Origin: Mycoplasma sp. CAG:776
GTDB lineage: Bacteria; Bacillota_I; Bacilli_A; RF39; UBA660
DNA: 64,000 nucleotides
Assembly (NCBI GenBank): GCA_000438195.1
Contig: FR903053.1
Span: 5,757 to 69,756 of the forward strand
Direction of reading: 5' to 3'
A program made the position numbers and the translations under genes. Shown in pieces: positions 35,646 through 44,643 of the stretch; positions within the stretch are counted from its first letter, which is position 1; every line of letters starts with the position of its first letter. The notes under the pieces are model-generated. The model was not told the origin of the DNA and searched no databases. It saw only the letters and a program-made list of their open reading frames with translations.

Positions 35646-36030
35646 TTTGTTTTTCTAAATTAGTTAAAGTGGTTTCATCTATAAAGTGTTCTAACTTTTC
35701 TACTTGTTCTAAACAGAATTGCTCTTTATTTAAATTTTTTAAAAATGTTTCTAATATCTGGTGTCTGTGATATAAATAGGCACCTATTTTTATGCCATTT
35801 GGGGTAAGAATAATATTGTTATTATTAATTGATACTAATTCTAAAATTTTTAATTTGCTAATCATCTTACTACAAGATGATTTTTTGATGTTTAGATTTT
35901 TACTTAAAGAAGTAATGGTTATTTTATTATCTTTATTTCGGTAAATCATTTCTAAATAGTCTTCCATTGGATAGGTTATTTTTTCTTTATTATGAATGTA
36001 GGTAGTTAAAGTATAAAAATCATTATTCAT
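35629..36030 (-). CDS. DtxR/MntR-family metal-dependent repressor
   Basis: MEDYLEMIY start of the DtxR-type HTH, then YLYHRHQILETFL dimerisation/metal region. Confidence 0.75.
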   Translation of the reverse strand: MNNDFYTLTTYIHNKEKITYPMEDYLEMIYRNKDNKITITSLSKNLNIKKSSCSKMISKLKILELVSINNNNIILTPNGIKIGAYLYHRHQILETFLKNLNKEQFCLEQVEKLEHFIDETTLTNLEKQINKDV

Positions 36031-36071
36031 TAGACCACAAATCCTATTCTTTTCATATACTACTATAGATG

Positions 36072-36089
36072 TTAGTTTAAGGAAACTAA
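36072..36089. promoter_or_regulatory. Palindromic operator candidate TTAGTTT-AAGG-AAACTAA
   Basis: Perfect 7-bp inverted repeat between the divergent repressor and feoA genes; resembles the DtxR/MntR box architecture. Confidence 0.6.
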
Positions 36090-36117
36090 TAAATTATATG
36101 AAGGAGAATTATTTTTT

Positions 36118-36351
36118 ATGATGACATTAGATCAAATGAATTTGAATGATATTGTTAATGTAATAAATATTTATGGAGAATCAAGAATTAAAAGAAGATT
36201 ATTAGATTTGGGATTTATCCCAGGTGAAGAAGTAAAATGTGTTTTGATTAGTCCTTTTAAAGATCCTAAAGCTTATAAGATTGCTGGTAATGTTATTGCT
36301 CTTAGAAGTATAGATGCAAGAAATGTTGAGGTTACTTATGAAAAATGTTAA
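36118..36351 (+). CDS. feoA: Ferrous iron transport protein A
   Basis: 77-aa SH3-like FeoA pattern (RLLDLGFIPGEEV...). Confidence 0.85.
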   Translation: MMTLDQMNLNDIVNVINIYGESRIKRRLLDLGFIPGEEVKCVLISPFKDPKAYKIAGNVIALRSIDARNVEVTYEKC

Positions 36352-38323
36352 AGTGGCTTTGATTGGAACTCCCAATGTAGGGAAGTCTACTATTTATAAT
36401 ACTCTTACTCATAATCATGAACATACAGGGAATTGGGCAGGTAAAACCGTTGGAGTTAGTAGTGGAGAGTGTGTTTATGAAGGAATTACTTATACTTTTT
36501 ATGATTTACCAGGAACTTATTCTTTAATTAGTAAATCAAAAGAAGAAGTTGTGGCAACAGATTTTATTGTTTTTTCCTCTTTTGATGTAGCAGTTGTTGT
36601 ATGTGATGCGACTAGTTTAGAAAAAGGAATTCATTTAGTATTACAAACGAAAGAAATATGTAAGAATGTAGTTGTTTGCGTGAATTTAATTGATGAAGCT
36701 AAAAAGAAAAATATTGAAATTGATTATGAATTATTAGAAGAAAGACTTGGAAGTCCTGTAGTTCCGGTTAGCGCAAGAAATAATATAGGATTAGATCGGT
36801 TACTTCAGGCTATTCGGGATGCAAAAAATAGCGATTATTTAGATATTGATTATGGAGTTTTAAATAAAAGTATTCAGTATTTATTACCCAAAATTCAAAC
36901 TGACCAATATAATCCTAAATGGATAGCTTTGAAAGTTTTAGAAAACAATCATTATTATCAAGAAAAGTTTCGAGAATTAGGGATATTAAAAGATACAGAA
37001 AATTTTGCTCTTGATTTGGATGTTAATTTGGAAATAGTTTTGAAAATTGCTAAAAAAACAAAAGAATTACTTAAAAATGTCGTTATCTATCATGATGTTG
37101 GTTATGATGCAAAAGAAAGAAAAATTGATAAAATATTGACTAGTAAAATATGGGGTATTCCTATTATGCTTGCTATTTTATTTGTTTGCTTTTATATTAC
37201 TATTGTGGGAGCAAATTATCCATCTAGTCTCATGTTTCAATTTTTCTCTTCCTTAGAAAGTCCGATTACTCAATTTTTAAATTTTATTCATTTACCACAA
37301 GTTGTTATTGATTTATTAGTAACGGGAGTATATAAAACACTTTATTGGGTTGTTTCTGTTATGTTACCACCGATGCTTATATTTTTTCCTTTATTTACTT
37401 TTTTAGAAGACTTAGGAGTATTACCTAGAATAGCTTTTAATATGGATCGTGCTTTTAGTAAATGTAGAGCATGTGGGAAACAAGCACTTACAATGTGTAT
37501 GGGAATTGGCTGTAATGCCGTTGGTGTTACCGGAGCAAGAATTATTGATTCAAAAAGAGAAAGAATTATTGCTATTATTACAAATATATTTATGCCTTGT
37601 AATGGAAAGTTTCCAACTTTAATTTCGATTATTACCATTTTCTTTGTTGGACTTAATCAAAAGTGGGGATCTTTATTATGTGCTCTTATCTTAACAGGAT
37701 TTCTTTTCTTAGGAATTATTTTAACTTTTCTTGTTAGTTTTATTTTATCTAAAACTTTATTAAAAGGGGAACCTTCTAGTTTTACTTTGGAACTACCACC
37801 TTACCGAATGCCTAAAATATTAGATACGATTATTTATAGTGTTAAAAATCGAGCAATATTTGTATTAGGCCGAGCTGTTAAAGTAGCTATTCCAGCAGGA
37901 GTTCTTATTTGGATTATTGCTAATGTAACAATTCAAGGCGTTCCTATTTTGAATTATCTTATTTCTCTTTTAAATCCTTTTGGTATTCTTTTGGGTTTAG
38001 ATGGAGTTATTCTTCTAGCATTAATCTTGGGATTTCCAGCGAATGAAATTGTTCTTCCTATTATGCTTATGTGTTATTTAAAAACGAATACTTTAATTGA
38101 AATGGATAATTTAAATTTGTTAAGTGATATTTTTGTTAGCAATGGTTGGACTATTAAAACGGCATTATGTTTTATTATTTTATTTTTGTATCGTTTTCCT
38201 TGTTCAACAACCCTTCTTACGATTCATAAAGAAACAGGAAGTAAACTTTATACTCTATTAAGTGTTATTATTCCTCTTAGTATTGGAATTATTCTTTGTT
38301 TATTTATTCATTTTATTTTTTAG
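36338..38323 (+). CDS. feoB: Ferrous iron transporter FeoB
   Basis: G-domain GTPNVGKST, DLPGTYS, NLID, then a polytopic membrane domain; ATG 36338 overlaps the feoA end. Confidence 0.9.
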   Translation: MKNVKVALIGTPNVGKSTIYNTLTHNHEHTGNWAGKTVGVSSGECVYEGITYTFYDLPGTYSLISKSKEEVVATDFIVFSSFDVAVVVCDATSLEKGIHLVLQTKEICKNVVVCVNLIDEAKKKNIEIDYELLEERLGSPVVPVSARNNIGLDRLLQAIRDAKNSDYLDIDYGVLNKSIQYLLPKIQTDQYNPKWIALKVLENNHYYQEKFRELGILKDTENFALDLDVNLEIVLKIAKKTKELLKNVVIYHDVGYDAKERKIDKILTSKIWGIPIMLAILFVCFYITIVGANYPSSLMFQFFSSLESPITQFLNFIHLPQVVIDLLVTGVYKTLYWVVSVMLPPMLIFFPLFTFLEDLGVLPRIAFNMDRAFSKCRACGKQALTMCMGIGCNAVGVTGARIIDSKRERIIAIITNIFMPCNGKFPTLISIITIFFVGLNQKWGSLLCALILTGFLFLGIILTFLVSFILSKTLLKGEPSSFTLELPPYRMPKILDTIIYSVKNRAIFVLGRAVKVAIPAGVLIWIIANVTIQGVPILNYLISLLNPFGILLGLDGVILLALILGFPANEIVLPIMLMCYLKTNTLIEMDNLNLLSDIFVSNGWTIKTALCFIILFLYRFPCSTTLLTIHKETGSKLYTLLSVIIPLSIGIILCLFIHFIF

Positions 38324-38327
38324 TTCT

Positions 38328-38364
38328 TTACACTCTAAGCAATATTAGAGTGTAATTTCTTTTT
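38328..38364 (+). terminator. Strong rho-independent terminator
   Basis: 11-bp perfect stem TTACACTCTAA/TTAGAGTGTAA, 6-nt loop, TTTCTTTTT tail. Confidence 0.8.
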
Positions 38365-38394
38365 AAATGTATTATAATAATATTGTGATTTATT

Positions 38395-38973
38395 ATGTTT
38401 GATGCAATTGATGCTTTTATTGATACAACTTTACAAGGACTAGGTGTATGGGGACCGATTGTTGGATGTTTCTTTATTTTAATTGAATCCATGGTTCCTA
38501 TTTTACCACTTTTTGTTTTTATTACCCTTAACTTCTTGGCTTTTGGGTCTGTTTTTGGGTTTATTATTTCGTGGATATTTACGTGTATTGGTTGTTTTAT
38601 TTCTTTTTTACTTTTTCGATGTAAAGTTCAAACTTGGCTTTTTAAAAGGATAAAAAAAGAAGGGCTTATTAGTGAAAAAACAATTAATATGATTACCAAT
38701 TTAAAATTTGAACAATTAACAACAATTATTGCTATTCCTTTTACACCAGCTTTTTTGGTTAATATTGCAGCAGGATTATCAAAAATGAGTTATAAAAAAT
38801 ACTTAGGAGCTTTATTAATTGGAAAAATATTTTTAGTTTATTTTTGGGGATTTGTTGGGGTTAGTTTACTTGAAAGTATTAAAAATCCAATTTACTTAGT
38901 TCGAGTAGGAATACTTTTAATTCTCGCTTATGTATTTAGTAAGATTGTTAGTAAAAAATTTAAGATAGAATAG
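38395..38973 (+). CDS. TVP38/TMEM64 (DedA-related) family membrane protein
   Basis: About 5 TM helices; ESMVPILPLFVF and PFTPAFLVNIAAGLS motifs. Confidence 0.7.
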   Translation: MFDAIDAFIDTTLQGLGVWGPIVGCFFILIESMVPILPLFVFITLNFLAFGSVFGFIISWIFTCIGCFISFLLFRCKVQTWLFKRIKKEGLISEKTINMITNLKFEQLTTIIAIPFTPAFLVNIAAGLSKMSYKKYLGALLIGKIFLVYFWGFVGVSLLESIKNPIYLVRVGILLILAYVFSKIVSKKFKIE

Positions 38974-38983
38974 AGGTTTGTTT

Positions 38984-40072
38984 ATGGAATATATTATTAT
39001 TGGATTATTGGTTGTTGTTATTTTATTACTCATTATTAGTTTATTTAAGAAAGATAATCATTTAGAAGTAACAGATAGAATGAGTAAATTAGAACTTTCT
39101 TTAGTAAAAGAGATTGGCGAATTTAAAGTAAATTTTACTAATGATTTAAGAAAAGATTTCGATACTTTAGATGAGAAAGTAGAAAGAAAACTAATGGAAA
39201 TTAATAATCGGGTAACGGAAAGATTAGATCAGAATTTAGAGAAAACGAATAAAACTTTTGCTAATGTATTAGAAAGGTTATCTAAAATTGATGAAGCTCA
39301 AAAGAAAATTGATGGGTTAGGGGAAGATATTATTTCGTTACAAAGTATTTTAACTGATAAAAAGACAAGAGGTATTTTTGGTGAAGTAAATTTACAATTT
39401 ATTTTAGAAAATGCTTTTGGGGGATTTAATACAGGTATTTATGATTTACAACATAAAATGAGTAATGGTTTTATTGCGGATGCTATATTGTATGCTCCTG
39501 CTCCACTTGGAACAATTGCAATTGATTCAAAATTTCCTTTAGAAAATTATGAGCGAATGACGAATAAAAGTCTTAGTAAAGAAGAAAGATTAGTCGCTGA
39601 AAGACAATTTAAAATTGATTTTAAAAAACATATTGATGCAATTGCAAGTAAATATATTATACCTGGTGAAACTAGTAATGAAGCAATACTTTTTTTACCA
39701 GCAGAAGCGATATTTGCAGAAGTAAATGCCTATCATAATGATATTTTAAATTATGCTTATTCTAAAAAAGTTTGGATTACTAGTCCTACAACTTTAATGA
39801 GTACTTTAACTGTTATTGAGATGATTTTAAAGAATATGGAAAGAGATAAATATGCGAAAATTATTCATGATGAATTAAATAAATTATCTGTTGAATTTGC
39901 TCGATATAAAGAAAGATGGGATAAATTAGCTCGTAATATTAATACTGTTAGTAAAAGCGTGGAAGAACTTAATACGACCAGCGATAAGATTACAAAAAGA
40001 TTTGATTCTATCAATCGGGTTGAGGTAGATAAATTAAAAAATGAGGAACAAGATTTACTTGTTCATGAATAA
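38984..40072 (+). CDS. rmuC: DNA recombination protein RmuC
   Basis: N-terminal TM, coiled coil, then RGIFGE...DSKFPLE...FLPAEAIF...SPTTLM nuclease-like core. Confidence 0.85.
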   Translation: MEYIIIGLLVVVILLLIISLFKKDNHLEVTDRMSKLELSLVKEIGEFKVNFTNDLRKDFDTLDEKVERKLMEINNRVTERLDQNLEKTNKTFANVLERLSKIDEAQKKIDGLGEDIISLQSILTDKKTRGIFGEVNLQFILENAFGGFNTGIYDLQHKMSNGFIADAILYAPAPLGTIAIDSKFPLENYERMTNKSLSKEERLVAERQFKIDFKKHIDAIASKYIIPGETSNEAILFLPAEAIFAEVNAYHNDILNYAYSKKVWITSPTTLMSTLTVIEMILKNMERDKYAKIIHDELNKLSVEFARYKERWDKLARNINTVSKSVEELNTTSDKITKRFDSINRVEVDKLKNEEQDLLVHE

Positions 40073-40113
40073 ATGAAAATTTAAGGATGATGAAATGTCA
40101 TTCTTTTTCAGAA

Positions 40114-40136
40114 GCAATTCCATGGTTTAACAAAAT
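40114..40136 (+). repeat. Copy 1 of the exact 23-nt repeat GCAATTCCATGGTTTAACAAAAT
   Basis: Identical 23-mer at 56534-56556; both copies lie a few nt after a T-run+CA downstream of a gene end. Confidence 0.9.
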
Positions 40137-41111
40137 GATGAATATAATCTATATGCTGGAAAAGAATATATTTTAAGTCATTATGATACAATACTAACTA
40201 GGAGTGACTTTAATACAAGAATTACAGATATAACAACAGAAACAATATATAAATCAAAAGACGAAAGTCAATATGATGAAGACGGAGAAGTATATTATTA
40301 TGCTGGCAATCCAACAGATAATTGGATGTATTTTGCTGGATATTATTGGCGAATTATCCGAATCAATGGTAATGGATCAATTCGTTTAATTTATAATGGA
40401 AATGATACAAAACAAATTGGAGATAGTACTCAAATTGGTAATAGTAGTTTTAATAATCTAGATAATGATAATGCATATGTAGGATATATGTATGGAGACA
40501 TTGGAGCATCTAGTTATGCTTTAACTCACATGAATAATAATGATAGCGTAATTAAAAAATTACTAGATGAATGGTATTATACGAATTTGAAAGATTATGA
40601 TAAATATATTAGTTTAGAAACTAGTTTTTGTGGAGATAGAACCGTTTCTTCTTCTGATACTGGTTATGGAAATATTTCATCAGAATATGGTGCAAGCTTA
40701 AGATTGCGTTATTCAGGAGGAGCAAATCCTCAAACTTCCCCTGTTTTTAAGTGTAATGATGCTGATTTATATACTACAACATTAAGTAATAAAGGAAATA
40801 GAGCTTTAACTTATCCAATAGGATTAATAACTGCTGATGAAATTGTTTATGCTGGTGGTATGTACGCAGCTTTGAATGATTCGTTTTATTTGTTTAATGG
40901 TCAGTCATATTGGACTATAACTCCTCATAGTCATGGGAATGCTTTTATTCCTTCGCTGTACAAAACTTATTTATTTGATTTAAATTTTGACAACGGAATT
41001 GGTTCGTCTGTATCTACCGCTTCGATAGGTGTTCGACCAGTTATTAATATAGCAAGTGATGTTGAATTAACAGGTAGTGGTACGAGTGCGGATCCATTTG
41101 TAGTAATTTGA
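40131..41111 (+). pseudogene. 5'-truncated gene for a secreted/pilin-associated-type protein (C-terminal YWTITP...GVRPVINI motif)
   Basis: The frame is open for 65 codons upstream of the first ATG (40326), back to a TAA inside the 23-nt repeat. There is no start codon, RBS or signal sequence. Confidence 0.5.
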
Positions 41112-41133
41112 GTTGTAAACAAAATGTAAATGT

Positions 41134-41166
41134 AGAGTTATCTTGATGAAAGGTAGCTCTTTTTTT
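41134..41166 (+). terminator. Rho-independent terminator
   Basis: 9-bp stem AGAGTTATC/GGTAGCTCT (2 G-U pairs) followed by T7. Confidence 0.7.
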
Positions 41167-41221
41167 AAGGTGTTAATAGACGGATTTTATTTTATTTGAT
41201 AAAATATTATTGGTGATATAA

Positions 41222-42148
41222 ATGATTAAAACGGTTTTTATGGGGACTCCAGAATTTGCTGTTCCTATTCTTGATACACTAATTAAAAATACAGAAGTAG
41301 TCTTGGTTGTTACGCAACCAGATAAATATGTAGGAAGAAAAAAGGTTCTTACGTTTTCTCCTATTAAAGAAAGGGCTTTAGAAAATAATATTCCTATTTT
41401 TCAGCCTACGAAAATACGTTTAGATTATGCTGAGATTGAAAAATATCAACCCGATTTAATTGTAACGTGTGCTTATGGTCAAATTGTACCTAAAGGTGTA
41501 CTTGATATTCCAAAATTAGGTTGTATTAATGTTCATGCTTCTTTACTTCCTAAATATCGAGGTGGTGCTCCTATTCAACATGCTATTATGAATGGAGAGA
41601 AAGAGACAGGTATTACCATTATGTATATGGATGAAGGAATGGATACAGGAGACATGATTGAGAAAAAAAGTGTTTTAATAGAGAAAGATGATACATTAAG
41701 AACTTTAAGTTTAAAATTAAGCAAAGTAGGTTCTGCATTATTAGAAAGGGTACTTCCTAGTATTATTGATGGAACAAATAAACGAGTAAAACAAGAGGAT
41801 AATATGGCTACTTATGCAAGAATTATTAAAAGAGAAGATGAACATCTTGATTTTCATAAAAGTGCTTTGGAAATATATAATCAAGTACGAGCTTTAAGCC
41901 CAGAACCTTTAGCTAATTTTATTTTGAATGGTGAAGAGATTAAAGTGATTGAAGGATATGTTGGTGAAGATACAAAAAAAGAAGTGGGATGTATTTGTGA
42001 GATTAAAAAAGATGCAATTGGTATAGCTTGTTCTGATAAAATTTATTATGTAACGAAATTAAAGCCTTTTAGTAAAAAAGAGATGGGTGTTCGAGATTAT
42101 TTAAATGGAGTAAAAAAAGAGAACTTATTAAATCAAATAGTAGAATAG
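41222..42148 (+). CDS. fmt: Methionyl-tRNA formyltransferase
   Basis: FMGTPEFAVP..., HASLLPKYRGGAPIQ. Confidence 0.95.
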   Translation: MIKTVFMGTPEFAVPILDTLIKNTEVVLVVTQPDKYVGRKKVLTFSPIKERALENNIPIFQPTKIRLDYAEIEKYQPDLIVTCAYGQIVPKGVLDIPKLGCINVHASLLPKYRGGAPIQHAIMNGEKETGITIMYMDEGMDTGDMIEKKSVLIEKDDTLRTLSLKLSKVGSALLERVLPSIIDGTNKRVKQEDNMATYARIIKREDEHLDFHKSALEIYNQVRALSPEPLANFILNGEEIKVIEGYVGEDTKKEVGCICEIKKDAIGIACSDKIYYVTKLKPFSKKEMGVRDYLNGVKKENLLNQIVE

Positions 42149-42156
42149 AGGTTATT

Positions 42157-42882
42157 ATGAAAAAAGAAAAATTAAAAGAAGAAAAAGTGCCAAGTAAGTT
42201 TAAAGCATGGAAGAAGAAAATGAAAGAAACTCCTAAAGGGAGGGCTTATTTAAAACTTATTTATTGGGCTATTTTCTTTGCTATTTTATTTATTTTTTTA
42301 GTTGTTACAACTATGATAACAAGTGATTATAATGCTCCTACTTCTTATGAAGATGGGTCCAAAGAAGAACCGGAAATACCTAGTGAAACAGAGTTTAATC
42401 CGGAAGTGATTTTAGATATGCAAACCAATTTATTAAATGGAACTTATGATTATAAGTACTATATTGAAAATAGTAGTGGTAGTTATTTATTTGATGGGAC
42501 TAAATATAATAATTATGAAGAAGGATATAAAAATTATACAAATGAAAGCGGAAATGGAGTTATTAAATACTATAAAGATAGTACAGGGATATATCAGGTA
42601 AATGGGGAAGAAAAAGTTTTAAGTGATGCAGTATATCAAAATATAGATACAAATTATTTAAATTTACGGTATGTCTTTGATATTATCAACCAGTTAGAAT
42701 TGAAAGAAGACACTGGTAATTATGGATATCCTGTATATTATGGAGTAGATCCTTATTATCGCTATACCATTAATATTAGTAAAGATGAGACCAAAATTAC
42801 AGATATTTCCATTGTTTCATTAGATGAGACCGTATCTTATTTGTTATCTTTTTCTAATTTAGAGGAGGCTCATAATGAATAA
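42157..42882 (+). CDS. Membrane-anchored hypothetical protein (Tyr/Asn-rich ectodomain)
   Basis: K-rich N-terminus, one TM, no recognisable motifs. Confidence 0.5.
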   Translation: MKKEKLKEEKVPSKFKAWKKKMKETPKGRAYLKLIYWAIFFAILFIFLVVTTMITSDYNAPTSYEDGSKEEPEIPSETEFNPEVILDMQTNLLNGTYDYKYYIENSSGSYLFDGTKYNNYEEGYKNYTNESGNGVIKYYKDSTGIYQVNGEEKVLSDAVYQNIDTNYLNLRYVFDIINQLELKEDTGNYGYPVYYGVDPYYRYTINISKDETKITDISIVSLDETVSYLLSFSNLEEAHNE

Positions 42883-43894
42883 TTTACTCGGAGTTACGAA
42901 AGAAGAATTAGAGCAGTATTTTTTAGATATTGGAGAGAAAAAGTTTAAAGCTACTCAAATATTTGAATGGTTATATCAAAAAAGAGTTTTTAATATTGAT
43001 GAATTTAGTAATATAAAAAAAGAAATTAGGGAACGTTTAAAAAATGATTTTAATTTGCATTTTATAGAGATTGAAAAGAAAGAAGAAGATGAATTAACTA
43101 AAAAATATCTTTTTCGTTTACATGATCAAGAATTTGTAGAAGCAGTTATTATGATGCATGATTATGGAACAAGTATTTGTATTTCTTCGCAAGTTGGTTG
43201 TAATATGGGTTGTCGCTTTTGTGAATCAGGAAGACAAAAGAAAATAAGAAATTTAGAAGCTTATGAAATGGTAGAACAAATACTTGTTGTAGAAAAAGAT
43301 TTAGGTGTTAGAATTAGTAGTGTTGTTATTATGGGAATTGGGGAACCTTTAGATAATTTTGATAATATTATTTCTTTTATTAAGATTATTAACGATGCTA
43401 AAGGGATTCAAATTGGAGCTCGTCATATTACTTTATCTACTTGTGGATTGGTGCCTAAAATTTATGAATTAGCAAAATTACCAATTCAAATTAATTTAGC
43501 CATTTCTTTTCATGCTCCTAATGATACTTTAAGAAATGAACTCATGCCTGTCAATAAAGTGTATAGTATTCCCTTGTTATTAAAGGCAATTCAGGATTAT
43601 TTACAAGTTACAAGTAGACGAGTAACGATTGAATATGTTATGCTTAATAATGTAAATGATAGTAAGGAATGTGCGATAGAATTAGCTAAATTATTTCAAG
43701 GAATGAATATTTATGTTAATTTAATTCCTTATAATGAGACAAATCATTTAGAATTTAAGAGAAGTAGTAAAAATAAAATACAAGAGTTTTATGATACTTT
43801 GAAAAAGGCAGGTATCAATGTTACAATAAGAAAAGAGTTTGGCTCTAATATACAAGCAGCTTGTGGACAATTAAGAGGGAGTATGAAGAAATGA
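42875..43894 (+). CDS. rlmN: 23S rRNA/tRNA (adenine-C2)-methyltransferase RlmN (radical SAM)
   Basis: FKATQIFEWLY, CNMGCRFC radical-SAM cluster, C-terminal CGQL. Confidence 0.95.
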   Translation: MNNLLGVTKEELEQYFLDIGEKKFKATQIFEWLYQKRVFNIDEFSNIKKEIRERLKNDFNLHFIEIEKKEEDELTKKYLFRLHDQEFVEAVIMMHDYGTSICISSQVGCNMGCRFCESGRQKKIRNLEAYEMVEQILVVEKDLGVRISSVVIMGIGEPLDNFDNIISFIKIINDAKGIQIGARHITLSTCGLVPKIYELAKLPIQINLAISFHAPNDTLRNELMPVNKVYSIPLLLKAIQDYLQVTSRRVTIEYVMLNNVNDSKECAIELAKLFQGMNIYVNLIPYNETNHLEFKRSSKNKIQEFYDTLKKAGINVTIRKEFGSNIQAACGQLRGSMKK

Positions 43895-44643
43895 AATCAT
43901 TTTATTTAACAGATACAGGAAGGGTAAGGACGCATAATGAAGATTCGGTTACTATTCTTAAGAATGCAAATAATGAATATTTGATGATTGTTTGTGATGG
44001 AATGGGAGGCCACCGGAAAGGGGAAGTTGCCTCTTCTATGGCAATTACTGCTTTGGGAAGTCGTTTTAATAAAATATCTAGTATTGGTTCAAAATTAGAT
44101 GCGGTAAATTGGCTTAATGATACGGTAAACGAGATTAATAAGAATATTTTAGAATATGCTAGTAATAATCCAGATTCTATGGGTATGGGGACGACAATTG
44201 TTGTAGCACTTCTTACTCATGATTATCTTATTTTTGGCAATATTGGCGATTCTTCTGGTTTTGTTATGAAAAATGGCCAACTACATAAAGTTACAAAAGA
44301 TCATACTTTAGTTAATTTGCTTGTACAAGCTGGTAATTTAACCGAAGAAGAAGCTAAATATCATCCTAAAAGAAATGTATTGATGAAGGCTTTGGGTGCT
44401 GCTAATACCGTGGAGTTAGATATTTTTGATGTGGTGGATATGACATTTGATTCTATTTTACTTTGTAGTGATGGTTTAACGAATATGCTTACAAAAGAAC
44501 AAATTGAAAAAGTATTAAATGATAGAGAATTAGAAATTGAGGAGAAAGTAAGTAAATTGATAAGAAAATGTAATGCTAGAGGGGGGACTGATAATATTTC
44601 AGTTGCATATTTGGTTTATAATGAAGGGAGTAAAGAGTCATGA
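43891..44643 (+). CDS. stp: PP2C-family Ser/Thr phosphatase
   Basis: NEDS, DGMGGH, CSDGLTN, GGTDNIS; ATGA overlap with rlmN. Confidence 0.9.
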   Translation: MKSFYLTDTGRVRTHNEDSVTILKNANNEYLMIVCDGMGGHRKGEVASSMAITALGSRFNKISSIGSKLDAVNWLNDTVNEINKNILEYASNNPDSMGMGTTIVVALLTHDYLIFGNIGDSSGFVMKNGQLHKVTKDHTLVNLLVQAGNLTEEEAKYHPKRNVLMKALGAANTVELDIFDVVDMTFDSILLCSDGLTNMLTKEQIEKVLNDRELEIEEKVSKLIRKCNARGGTDNISVAYLVYNEGSKES

